DNA of 64,000 nt from Yuukianura sp. NJ FZ-2021 (Eukaryota). Below, in pieces: positions 1-11,500 of this stretch. The notes under the pieces were generated by a model, which had not been told where the DNA came from, made no database searches, and saw only the letters and a list, made by a program, of their open reading frames with translations. Both the position numbers and the translations under genes were made by a program. How positions within the stretch are numbered: position 1 is the stretch's first letter; each line of letters begins with the position of its first letter. The DNA is taken from the NCBI GenBank assembly GCA_046563655.1, contig CM102285.1, positions 5,022,001-5,086,000 on the forward strand, given 5' to 3'.

Positions 1-396
1 CCACTACATTAGTCAAACCGTTAAAAAGTTAAACCAACAATGCTTTTAGTAATCATAAGTGCTTTTCACATTCTCATATCGTTAACGGCCACTAACGCGG
101 TGCGGTGAGCACTAGGCAGTTCCTTAGTTCAATCCTAACAAGGAATTCCGTAAATTTTTAAATTGCACTTTATTTGAATTGTGGCTACTTTATTACGCTT
201 TGTTGGTTAAACGCTAAATTCCCAAATTTATAAAAGCAGTATAACAAATTGGGTTTATTCCAGCAACTATTGGCCTCTTGTCCCATGATAGTTTATGTTA
301 TTATATTACATGATGTAATACAAATGCAATACATTTGAGAGATTCGAAAGAGTTCAATTAGTGTATGCGAAGTTTCTGTTTTCTATTTAAATCTAG

Positions 397-3300
397 TTAA
401 GGCTGCACTTTGTATATGTTAACGTTGTTCGAACTTATTGAACCAAGAAGGTATTCATTATTAACTCGACATGGCACAAAGCTCAGGACTTGCTCTCGAC
501 CGATTAGCGTTTGCTGCGGTTTGGTTTCAGATAGGTCCCATATGCTTGTGATGTGTCTGGATCCTTCTTGAACTTCTGCGGCAATTAAAACTTTCTCCTT
601 GTTTGGACTGAAAATGGACGACCTCGTCATTTTAGTAGCCTGATGCGTTTGATTTCCCTAAATGTCAAATAATGGTATTTAAATCACTGATTCAGATAAA
701 TTGCGCGAATTCGTTTTCTGAGAACAGCCAAAGGAGCTTCATAATGTTTTTTTTAGTTGTTGTTGGAAATGAAAGGCTTTTTGAAAAATTCTGATTCAGT
801 ATACTTTCAGTATATTCTGCGATTTTCCACAATTTTTTTTCTGAAAACACCATGAACGTCGATTTAAGAAAAACGTATTTTGCAAGCCAAAATAACAAGT
901 AGCCTTATGGGAGAAACCCATTTTCAAAAGTTTTGCAAAAATTAGTTTAGTTGTGCCCGTAATTATTATTTTGCAATAGGAAGTATTCAGCGAAAGTAGG
1001 AAAATCATAAAAGCCACCAGAATTTTACCGGCGTTTTCTAATAATCGTAGTCCAAGAATTTAACTTTTTCTTTTCATAGAGTGGTCTATAGTCAAAGCAA
1101 AAATTCAGTGTGGTTGCTAATTCTAATTCTAAGATCACTTACGTCGTAGGACTGGACAATATCGCAGGAAGCCATCGTTGAATTTTGCACAGTGGATTGG
1201 TACTGGGTAAGATTGCAAACGATATGACGACTTGGCACTGCAGAACCTTTGAAGGACGCCTTAGTAGAAAATAACGCATGACGAGATATTGGCTCGTAGT
1301 CAACTGACAGAAAAGAACCTTCAATCGGTAATTGGTGGAAGTTTGCTTCTTCGTTTCGAAGCTCACAAAACCAAACGGAGGTCAGTTTTTGGACTAATAA
1401 ACCCGTCATGGTAAAGAAATTTGCCTCGGAGCTAAATAAAAGTGATATAATATAAGTAACTCATCAAATTCCAAAATTGTCGCTCCGAAATTGAAATTGT
1501 AAGCTTTACCCCTTGCCATATGACGGTGTAACAAACTTGAGTCCAGCGGTTGGAGTTCTATCTTCAGATGATATCACCAATGACTTCACTGCTTCTCTTC
1601 CGTTTCGAATGTCATAAACTAGAACCTGGCCATTGGAGGTTCCAGCATAGAAAAGGTGTTGCGCCGTTTTGCTCCAAGCGCATGACCAAAGTGGATAGTC
1701 CGCATTAAAAGCTTGAACCGTTATGTTCGTATTGCAATTAGTGAGAATAGCCCGTTTGTCTAGTCCAACTGAAAGAAGAACGTCCCCCTGAGAATTGAAC
1801 TCCAGATCACGTATCTCTTTTAAATGTAGAGGCGTAGTCAGTGTTTCTCTCATGTCAAGGAGATTGATTTTCTTCACTCCGTAGCTACCAACTGAAAACA
1901 GTTAAAAGTTAAACAGTTAAAAATGTATGTTGCCTTTAGGCTGAGATCTTCAACTTTAACTTAAGATAGAGTGTGAAGCGTATCTTACGTGGATACAGCG
2001 GCGATTTAACGGTTTGAGAGACAGCTAGCATATTTAACCACTCATCATAAGCTCCAACACGACATTCGCCATCCTTACAAGAAAAGGTTTTCAGAAGGCT
2101 AAGAAGTGGTTTGGCAGTAGTACCCCTAATTTCAGTGTCATTGCTAGCGGCGCCGGACTGTTGTCGATATCCGTATTCGAAATCCGTATGTATTGAACCC
2201 ACTCTCTCCCGGAGGAAACTGCATTCTTCCGAAAGCCGTTTGTATTTGTTATCCAGTTCTTTTACTTGCTGATCCAATTGAGCATTTCTATATAAAAAGA
2301 GAAAACCCAACGCTAACTCCCGTTTATACCGCACTACAAGCAAAACAAAAGCGTAAACAAGGACTGCCACAAGAATCCAGAACCGATTTTTACCTTAATT
2401 CCAATTTTCTCTTCATTTCTCGTTCTGTTGCTAAATTATTCCGTAGTAAATCCCTCTCAGCTGTGTCCAATGCTACCAAATTCCGGACGTAGAGCACACG
2501 AACATCTCTCTTACTCGCCTTCGCATTGCACTGGGGACAGCGAGCTTCGTTCTTAATCCATTTTTCGATGCAAAATTTTCCATAAGTATGGCCACACTTG
2601 AGACAGCACAGTCGATGGTCGCCTGAGTTCTCATAAGGCTCGCAGCAGATAATGCAATTAGAAACTTCGCCGTCTTCTTCTTCTAAGGCAGTCTTTTTAT
2701 TTAAAACGTCATCTAAAAAAATCAAAATATTAAAATGTTCTAATTTTGATTAAAACAAGTTTGGATGCAAGCAAAGTTTTCTTTTTAAATTAGAAAAAGA
2801 AAACCTTGGCCATAGTGTTCAGGTTAATTTTTCGTCAAAAATTTTTTTTAGTCTGTTTCATCGTAACGTTATGTGTTATGTTCTTTTTAATCAGCGGTCC
2901 AAATATCTAATCAGCGCCAAATTAACAAACTCGACAAGTGCGTAACCAGCAGAAGTGTTACAAAATGCTTAAACGAGAATAAGGGGTCCGTTTTCTTTGG
3001 TTCTGTTTTCGGCTCGACATAACGGACGGTCATGTTCGAACAGAATACAGATTAATACTATTCGAATTCCTAAGGAAATGATATGTAGTTACATATCGTT
3101 TCCCGCGTTCGTCTCAGTCTCTCAGTTACTTGATGGCACAAAAACAGACCGATAGACATTTGTAAAAACATAATAATTGGTTTCACAATTTTAATGTAAA
3201 TGAAGCGGAGTGGAAGTTGCAAACACTTACCAGACGGTAGGCATTCAGCGTCATCGGTAGAGGGGTTATTATTCAGAAGAAGCGCTCCAGAACGCGTAGA

Positions 3301-4110
3301 AAGTGTCCCTCTACGGTCCAAAGTTTCTTGAAGGTTCTGACTGTTTTCGTGTTCATCATCTACTGAGTCAACGGAGTTAGTGTCAGTGTTTTCAACAATA
3401 ATTGCGTTTCTCCTCTGAAGACGTCTACGCTGCCATATATCCGGCTGATTCAGGCGATCACCGCTTTCGGTATCCAAATGTACGTTAGGTTCGTCGTCTT
3501 CCCCCGTGTCATCATTGGCTGCATTGGCTCCGTAAAGACTCTCTCCATCAACGGAATCGTCTGAAACTGGGGAAGGAGATCGATTAACGGGAACATCGGA
3601 AAGTTCGTCCAGATTATACGACTCGAACGAGTCCAAACTTTCATAATCTAAGTCCAAGTCGATATCAAAGTTATTTGACAATGGTGGTCCTGGTGAATTG
3701 TCGCTGAGTATCGATGATACTGAAGGGGACCCGAAATGCGAAATTGAAGGAGAATTGGCTAACGAATTTGATGAAAAATTCTCAACAGAAGTCTCATTGT
3801 CATCAAACACGCTCCCGTTTCCAAAGCCATTGTCATCATCATCGTTGTTATCCCGTTCAAAATCTGAGACTTCACGATTATGTGGAGCGGACGCTGTTGG
3901 TATGGCACTTTCCGAACAAAAATCTTCATTCGAACCTAATGTTCGCGACCTCAAAGTCATACCATGAATTGAAGCGGCGCCGTCATCCATTCGCATCCGC
4001 CGTCTAGGTGGTTCCCCGTTTTCAATCTCTTCATTTCGATCGTGTATTCGTCGTTGTTCCAGTTCTTCAAATACGTGGTCAATATCCTCATCAGGCTCGG
4101 AATCCGTCAT
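397..4110 (-). CDS. RFWD3: E3 ubiquitin ligase RFWD3 (acidic disordered N-terminus, RING, coiled coil, WD40)
   Basis: Exons 4110-3231, 2712-2394, 2287-1989, 1891-1510, 1431-1143 and 657-397 join with GT-AG borders in frame (2430 nt, 809 aa). RING CIICCEPYENSGDHRLCCLKCGHTYGKFCIEKW...CPQC followed by LYVRNLVALD and a WD40 region (IRDLEF, WSCAW) is the RFWD3 signature. Confidence 0.93.
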
Positions 4111-5819
4111 TTTGCAGCAAACGCCCTCAAGTATGAATCTGTAAAAGATAATTTGATTTCACTGATTATTCGTCTTACAACTTATTAGTATTACATTATA
4201 ATCATACAATTTTAAAGTCGAAATGTCACTTATAGTGTTATGTACAAGGCAGTTATACCGTAGTGTTTATAATAGTAGTTTGGGTATTGGGTTAGAAATA
4301 CTATGATTGTGCCACTCAGAGTGTCCGAAAACGCTGCGTGAATTTGAATTTATTTTTTAAATCCAGATTAGGGACTCATGTAACATGAATCATGTTCGTT
4401 CATCCTCCGCAGCTCCTCGTGATTAGTGTGCTATGTTATATTGATATTTTACGTCTAGTTCAATAACCTTAAACCATGGGGTGTCAACAAACAAAAATCA
4501 AACAATCAGAAGCTCAAGTTCCAACTCCGTCGCCTCTTTACACACATAAACCTGGAATAACGGAAACACTGCGTCCGTTGTTGTAGACGATTTCCGACAG
4601 AAAGCAACATGATCCATCAAATATTTCGTTTCCCTGCTTATGTAAATTTAGTAGGTTCAAGCGCATTCCCATAATTATGATTCTACCCAACTTAAACTAG
4701 TGACCAATCTGCCTACCTTCTTGGCCCGTGGTCGGGTCTCGGATGGAGTCACATCGCCTGAATCAGACAGAGGCAGATTCGTCTCTTCCAGTAGAATTCA
4801 CAGTTGATTAATACGTGGCTTTATATTTTTTCACGCACCACTTTTAACAAAACTTACGTTACACAAAGTACAATTAACGAAGTTAACTTTGATTTGCCTT
4901 GATAAAAATATGAAAAATTTTTTTACATTTAACATACACATTTCGCGCGAAGCAAACCTGATGGTACTGAATTGTACCCATAGTTAGTATTGTATTCCAC
5001 CCCCTAACTCCAAGTAAGTAAATTAAAAAAATCTTGTTTCAATGGTACTCATCAAGAGGCCATACCAACCATGGGTTGTAAATGTTACGTTCTGTATTAT
5101 TGAATTTGGCGCGTGGGGGTACAATTATATTAGGAAAGATCGGTAGTATTTCACTTCACAACAGCATCAGGGTATTTCTTACTTCATCCCACATTTAGGT
5201 TAGGCTATTACACGTAATAGCAGATATCTCGGCAACGGGGTTCAAGACACTCTTTAAACGAACGCAGTCGATTTGTTTGGTGTACCTACTATACACTCAT
5301 CTGCTGAGTGCATGGTAGGTACCTACTGTAAGCGCCTTCCGCATTGTCATGCTCATGACAACTGGCTCTAACTTGCATGAATATGGAAAAGATCTGTACC
5401 CATGTTTTTCAATTGAACGTTTTAAATTCAAAATAAAATAATCAAAGTCAACGCTGTTCCTTGTAGGGCTTGTTGATTTTTATTAATAGAAGTTTGGAAT
5501 TTCTTGGTGACGCCATGAAGATAAGCCCAAGTATAATAACTTAGAGCTCAGAGGTTACGACATCGAATATTCCTACATTAGTTTGTTGTAAAAATGTTTT
5601 CACATCATTCAACTTCTGTACAGTGTCCAGATAGGGCATCAAACAGTTTGACCTCCAGAGGTCACCAAAAGTCAAGTGGTCATCCATGACCCCCCTCAAG
5701 TAAGGTGTCGTTGGAAAGGTATTGATCTTGTGGTTCAGAAAATGTATGGGTATCAATACTTTGGTTTAGCCAGGTAGCTGTAACGGGTCACAGGAAGTCA
5801 ACTCTGAATGACGACTTGG

Positions 5820-6305
5820 GCTAGATTCTCGTTCTGGGGTAGTTCAAATTTTTTCTAAGTTTTTTGTTCGAAAATTTCGAAACATTTTCCCCCCGTTTTT
5901 TCACTTTTTATTACTTCTCAAACGTTTTCAAAACGTCCCCAAAAGAAATGTGGGGAAATGTTTTAGATGACCTCTGACCTCAGGGAGTGGTCATAGGGTC
6001 ATAGTTTATAGTACAAAAAATACTCCCATCATGATTCTGAACAACTTCCATAGGGGTCATTTTTGCGATTGTCAGGGGTGCCCACTTCACTTTCTGGACT
6101 TGGAAAATTTTCGAGTCCAGATTTTCAAAAAAGTGAGAAAAGGGGACCCTCGGGGTAAAAAAAAATTTTTGCTCCAAACGACCCAAAAACGTTTGAAAAG
6201 TGATAAAAAGTAAAAAAAAACGAAAAAAAAAATTCTTTTTAGAAATTTTTGACCAAAAAACTTAAAAAAACTTGAACTACCCCAGAAACGATAATCTAAC
6301 CACGA
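5820..6305. repeat. Non-coding dispersed repeat with internal inverted arms
   Basis: 5821-5940 is an imperfect reverse complement of ~6170-6300 (TAGATT.TCGTT.CTGGGGTAGTTCAA). A related copy lies at ~26260-26640. Confidence 0.55.
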
Positions 6306-6448
6306 CTTGAACTTGACACAGAACAAGTGGTTAAATTTTCACCCAAATCGTACGAGTCCGTTCAGTTCGATAAGTGAATTATGGTAGCCTTTTAGTTTGT
6401 TCAACACTTATTTTTTAACTTTCGCATGCAAAGCGTCCGGAAAGCATA

Positions 6449-7640
6449 CCGTATTTTCCCTAATAGTACACCATACCTAAATAGTACACCAGGTCCCTAA
6501 TAGTACACCAGGTCCAGGGGCCGAAAAATTAATTAGTACACCGTCCCAAATAGTACACCAGGGTCTCTAATAGTACACCAGGGTCTTTGGTAATGTAGCA
6601 TTAGGAGTATAACACCCGGAGAAGGTCGTTGAGCTAGTAATATTATAGCTCTTCATTTGTTGTGTTTATCTCCACGTTACTTCTCTCCAAATTGTTTCAC
6701 TTATTAATATTCGTATTCTTACTTAAAATGTCTCCCAACAAAAAAGATCATTTGACCTGGAGTTCAAATTGAAAGTGTTGAAATTGGCCAAGGATAAATC
6801 AGTTTCTGCAGCTGCTAAAGAATACAACATTGATCGACAGAGTATTCGGACATGGATTAGAAAGGAAAATGCTTTAGGTGAGCAATTATTGTAAACAAAA
6901 TTTTTTCCTCATGATTACGTTCGTACTGAAACAGTATTTTGTTTATAGTGTCAAACGTGAAATCATCCAAGGTCAAACACAAAAGGTGATCGGCGGTGGA
7001 CGGAAACGATTGATCCCTGAGTTGGATGATTCACTCTTTTACTGGATTACGGATTGGATAACGGAAACAGAACGAAGATCGAACCATCACAAATTATTGC
7101 AATGGACGAAATCAGTCTGTTGTTCGACATGCTGAGCAACACAACAATTGCTCCAACTGGATCTAAAACTGTTCAACTAAAGTCGACTGGAAATGAGAAG
7201 GCACACGCTACGCTTGTTCTAGCGGCCAAAGGTGACGGAACAAAGCTGAAACCATTCATCGTTTTCAAACAGGGAATTCGAGAGGTAGCGAAGCTTCCAA
7301 CTGAAACTGGGATCGTAATTCGTAGCAGTTCAAATGGTTGGATGAACGATGATCTGACCTGTGACTGGTTGAAAACTGTGTTAATTGACTCAAGTGGAGA
7401 AGAAGAATACGAGTTGGACACTGTGGATACGGATTGTGAAAACGAAGTGGAGTAGTTTTTAGTAATTTAGAAATTATTTTCTCCTGATTCCTAAACGTTT
7501 TAGTGAAGAATAAAATCCTCATTCTTAAAAAATTAATTAGTACACCGTCTCTAATAATACACCAGGTCCCTAATAGTACACCACCCCCAGAAGTCGAAAA
7601 CAAAATTAGTACACCAGGTGTACTATTTGGGAAAATACGG
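6449..7640 (+). mobile_element. Internally deleted pogo-family (Tc1/mariner superfamily) DNA transposon
   Basis: TA-flanked TIRs CCGTATTTTCCC.AATAGTACACC and repeated subterminal TAGTACACC motifs. Transposase remnants 6728-7455: HTH (FKLKVLKLAKD...NIDRQSIRTWIR) and DDE_1-type IAMDE, STGNEK, DGTKLKPFIVFK and SSNGWM, with frameshifts and deletions. Confidence 0.9.
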
Positions 7641-8077
7641 TAGCTTAGTATAATGAAAATATAATTGCATCTAATTTTTTAATACAGCAATCAACAAACT
7701 TTACAATGAAAGGAGACGAACATTAGTTACGCATGATTTGGTTAGGTTTAGGTTAGGTTACCTAACCTAACCATTTGAGTATGGTAATTCGTTGGGCAAG
7801 AGATATGTGGGTTTTAGTTTCACCGTGTTTTCAATCCATCATTATTGCCCCCAAAAGTATCCATTGTTCGCAAAAGTTGTTCCCCTCGATGAGATGAACA
7901 ACTTTTGTATAGGTCATTTTCCCGGTTACCAGGGATAAAACCGGTTGACCTTGACCTTTGACCCGGAAGGATTTGACACCCGGGGGTCATATTCAATAGT
8001 GACCTAGTCCGGGTCATGACATGGTCACTGGTGAAAACCGGAATCTAATCGGACCAGTAGTTTCCGAGATAATTAAT

Positions 8078-8085
8078 CTGGACAG

Positions 8086-8116
<31 letters not shown>
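8078..8116. repeat. (GACA)n microsatellite, probably part of a reverse-oriented HINE/DINE-like element
   Basis: GGACAGACAGACGGACAGACAGACAGACAGACAGAC is visible. GTCY-type microsatellites characterise DINE-1/HINE elements. Confidence 0.6.
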
Positions 8117-8592
8117 AACCACTTTTATCATAATAGCTTCGCTATTATACTAATTAATTAATTTTAACGGCGAAAGAATAGCTTGTTGATTTCATTTTGT
8201 AATTATAAATTTGATTTTTTTTTTAATTTCGCGATAAATTCCTAATTTCTTCCATCCACTGAAAGTTTCATCCATTTCGCGTGAATTTTTTCCAGTGGAT
8301 ATCCAGTGGAAGTGGCAATTAAGCCACTGGACGTTTAAGCGTCCTCTAACACTGACTCTAGCACAAAATTTTCTCTAACTCTAGCATTTTCAAAAAGTGT
8401 GCTTGGAATGAGATTCACGGGTGAATACCAAAGAATCCGATCTGCCAATTCCAAGTATTGGTGCTCCCCGAAAGTGGTAGTAACGACAGTAAATAAAGTA
8501 TATGTTTTCCTTTGTAATAGCTGGTGAAAAGTTGTTTAAATTTGGTTTAGGGAATTTATGTGGGTAATATTTCGGTTCACATACGTTATAGA

Positions 8593-11500
8593 ATGCCGAC
8601 GAACTTGGAGAAACTTACGGAAGGTTGGTTAGAGTTAGAGAGTGATCCAGGTAAGTCGCTATCCTCATCTATTTTAGCATACTTTTACCAAACCTAACCT
8701 TGTCTATTCCGTTTTCATAAACACATCAATCCCATTTACGGTTATAGCCAGAATTTCGGTTCATATAAAATTTTAACTTTCATTGGATATATAAAAAACA
8801 GTCGGTATAAAAAAACGGGGATTTTTGTTATATGTGAAGTACATGGGAAACCTCGGGAACTTTTGCAGTTTTTAGCATGGTTAGAAAACGGGAACTTTTG
8901 AAAACATGGTATCTCTGTACGAAAGTACACAAACCATAACTCAATCGAATGGACTAAACGTCGATGTGACATGTCCGTCTGTATCTGTGACAGACTTACC
9001 GTATGGTCAGCAGCTAACTTTAGCAAAGGTAACCTCCGTCTTTTTTTCTCGTTTAACTCAATGAGGAAAAAAAGGGCCAGGGGCAAAATGTTAAAGTTAG
9101 GCGCTGACCATAAGGTACCAGACCTACTTTATGAGGTCCTCCCTTTTATAGACTTACCAAATTTACTTTATAAGGTCCCAATCTCACCCTGTCTCTAGAC
9201 TATTAGACAATACTATAAGGTTGCGTAGTTAGCTAAACAGAAAACTACTGGTTATAATAGTAACAAAGAAACTGTGAATTTGAGAGGACAGTGTGATATG
9301 TACACAATATTCCCTATTCTGGAATATTCACACTGCTTGCAAATGAAGTGTTGCGTGGTCTCTGCTTTAGGTTAGGATGAAAGCAGTTTTTACTCTGCTT
9401 CCGAATTGTTTCAAAATTTTTGTTCAAAAAATATATAATGTCGCCTCTAGTTAAAAAGAAAAATTAGCCAAAAATACCCTCGACAAATCTATGCTGAAAG
9501 CTAACACCTGCGTTCGAGAAGGGCGTATCACTTAGTAATTAAGAAATTAACAAATCCAATTTGTGTCTTTCTAAATTAATGCTTAACAGAAGCTTACACG
9601 ATTAACTAAATGACATTGGGACCTCATAAAATAAGTGTGACAACTCTGTCAGAGGGACAAAGCGTCCTGAGGAACTCATAAAGCGCCTTCGGACACTTGG
9701 TCACAGAGACAGAGTGACATGTCGACCTCTTAAAGTATTTTTGTCAGAGTGTCAAAGGGACAGAAGCACATGTTACATGGGCGCAACATTAGGTTGAGTT
9801 ATGGTTTGTGTACTTTCGTACAACAGATGCCGAGTTTTGGAGAGTTCCCGTTAGTCTTCCGGAGACGCATGTCTACGACATGCTGAAGAAGACTATTGAT
9901 ACGAGTTTGTCCGTCGGTCCGTCCGTCCGTACGTTGTTTAGGACCCTTTCCACTGAAAAATAAGCCCCATCGCAGTCAGTGGGTGATGTATGGCTCAAGA
10001 GTTTTCAGTAGGTCTACATTGCACTCAAACTCGTACATTAACAACGTAGAAGTGGGTTAGGTTAGGTTACCGCAAAAACCGCAAAACTGTTTTGGTTTCG
10101 ATTGCACTCAAAATATTTATAAACAACGGAGTTTTGATCTGGTCATTTTCTGGCAGTATGTTTAATTACGTTGTTAAATTAAGACTGATCAGAGGGTAGA
10201 AAATCCGGCTTACATGTTTAGCATGTTAATAGTGCATCACAGGGGTCAAAGTTGCATTTACTAGAAATTTTTACAATTTCGATTTTCACAATCGATATCC
10301 GACCCCTCACTTCAGCGCTCATTTTTGTGCATGACCAAAAGGGATGCATAAACGTTGAATTGTGCATTCTTTATCATTCATTTGATGCAGTCAAATTAAG
10401 GCTATGTTCGCTAATAGTATATTGCCATGGCAACATCGACTATGCATTTATTTGCCTCTTGCTCAACAAATTAAGTACATAAATTCAGTGCAGATATTTT
10501 GTACCTCAAAATAGTAACATCGCTTTGGTGCAACGCATCCACAAAATAATACCTCACATCAGCACTGAAAATTTTGCACGAAGTTTTGGGGCATCAATTC
10601 TATAGAACGGTTTCTCAGTTCTTCCATAGTTTTGAGGCAGGTCTGTTTAAGTCGCATCAATTGTCAACTACCTCCAGAAGACCTATGCTCAACCCTTGAG
10701 CATCGCCCTACCTTCCTCTTAATTCCTCTCGAGCTTCATCGGCATGCGCCACCCCATGTACTGACCGCTGAAGAAAAATGTTTTTCAGAGCAAACATTTG
10801 TGTTTGATTTTTTAATTCTAAACCGATTTTGATAAAAAATGCGCTGTTGATTTAAAAAACAACAACTTAAAACTCACAATTTCTGACAATTTGGAATCTT
10901 TTAGGGACTAAGCTTCATCGCAACCCAAAACCCCCTCATAGTGCCCGAGCATGGGCTCATCATTTTGAGAGCAAGTATTCTGCAAGACATTTAAATTCCG
11001 CGTCCGGTATTGCAAAATCCGTTGCTAATTACGAAAAAAATTCCTCTTAACGAGCTTCATCGGCATGCACCACCCCATGTACCGACCGCTGAAAAAAATA
11101 TGTTTTTCTGAGCAAACATTTCTGTTTGATTTTTTAAATCTAAACCGATTTAGATGAAAATGCGTTGTTGATTTAAAAAACTTAAAACTCACAATTTCTC
11201 AATATTTGAAATCTTTTAGGGACTAAGCTTCATCGCAACCCACAACCCCTTCATAGTGCCCTAGCATGGGGTCATCATTTTGAGAGCAACTATTCTGCAA
11301 GACATTTAAACTCCGCGTTCGGTATTGCAAAATCCGTTGCTAATTACGAAAAAAATTCCTCTTAATTATTGAGCTTCATCGGCATGCACCACCCCATGTA
11401 CCGACCGCTGAAGAAAATATGTTTTTCTGAGCACACATTTGTGTTTGATTTTTTAATTCTAAACCGATTTTGATAAAAAATGCGCTGTTGATTTAAAAAA

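Noticed and set aside
7741..7772. TTAGG/CCTAA head-to-head run as a chromosome fusion scar
   Set aside because: Only a few degenerate units, and similar short runs occur repeatedly in MITE-like sequence in this window (10056, 45785, 53975).
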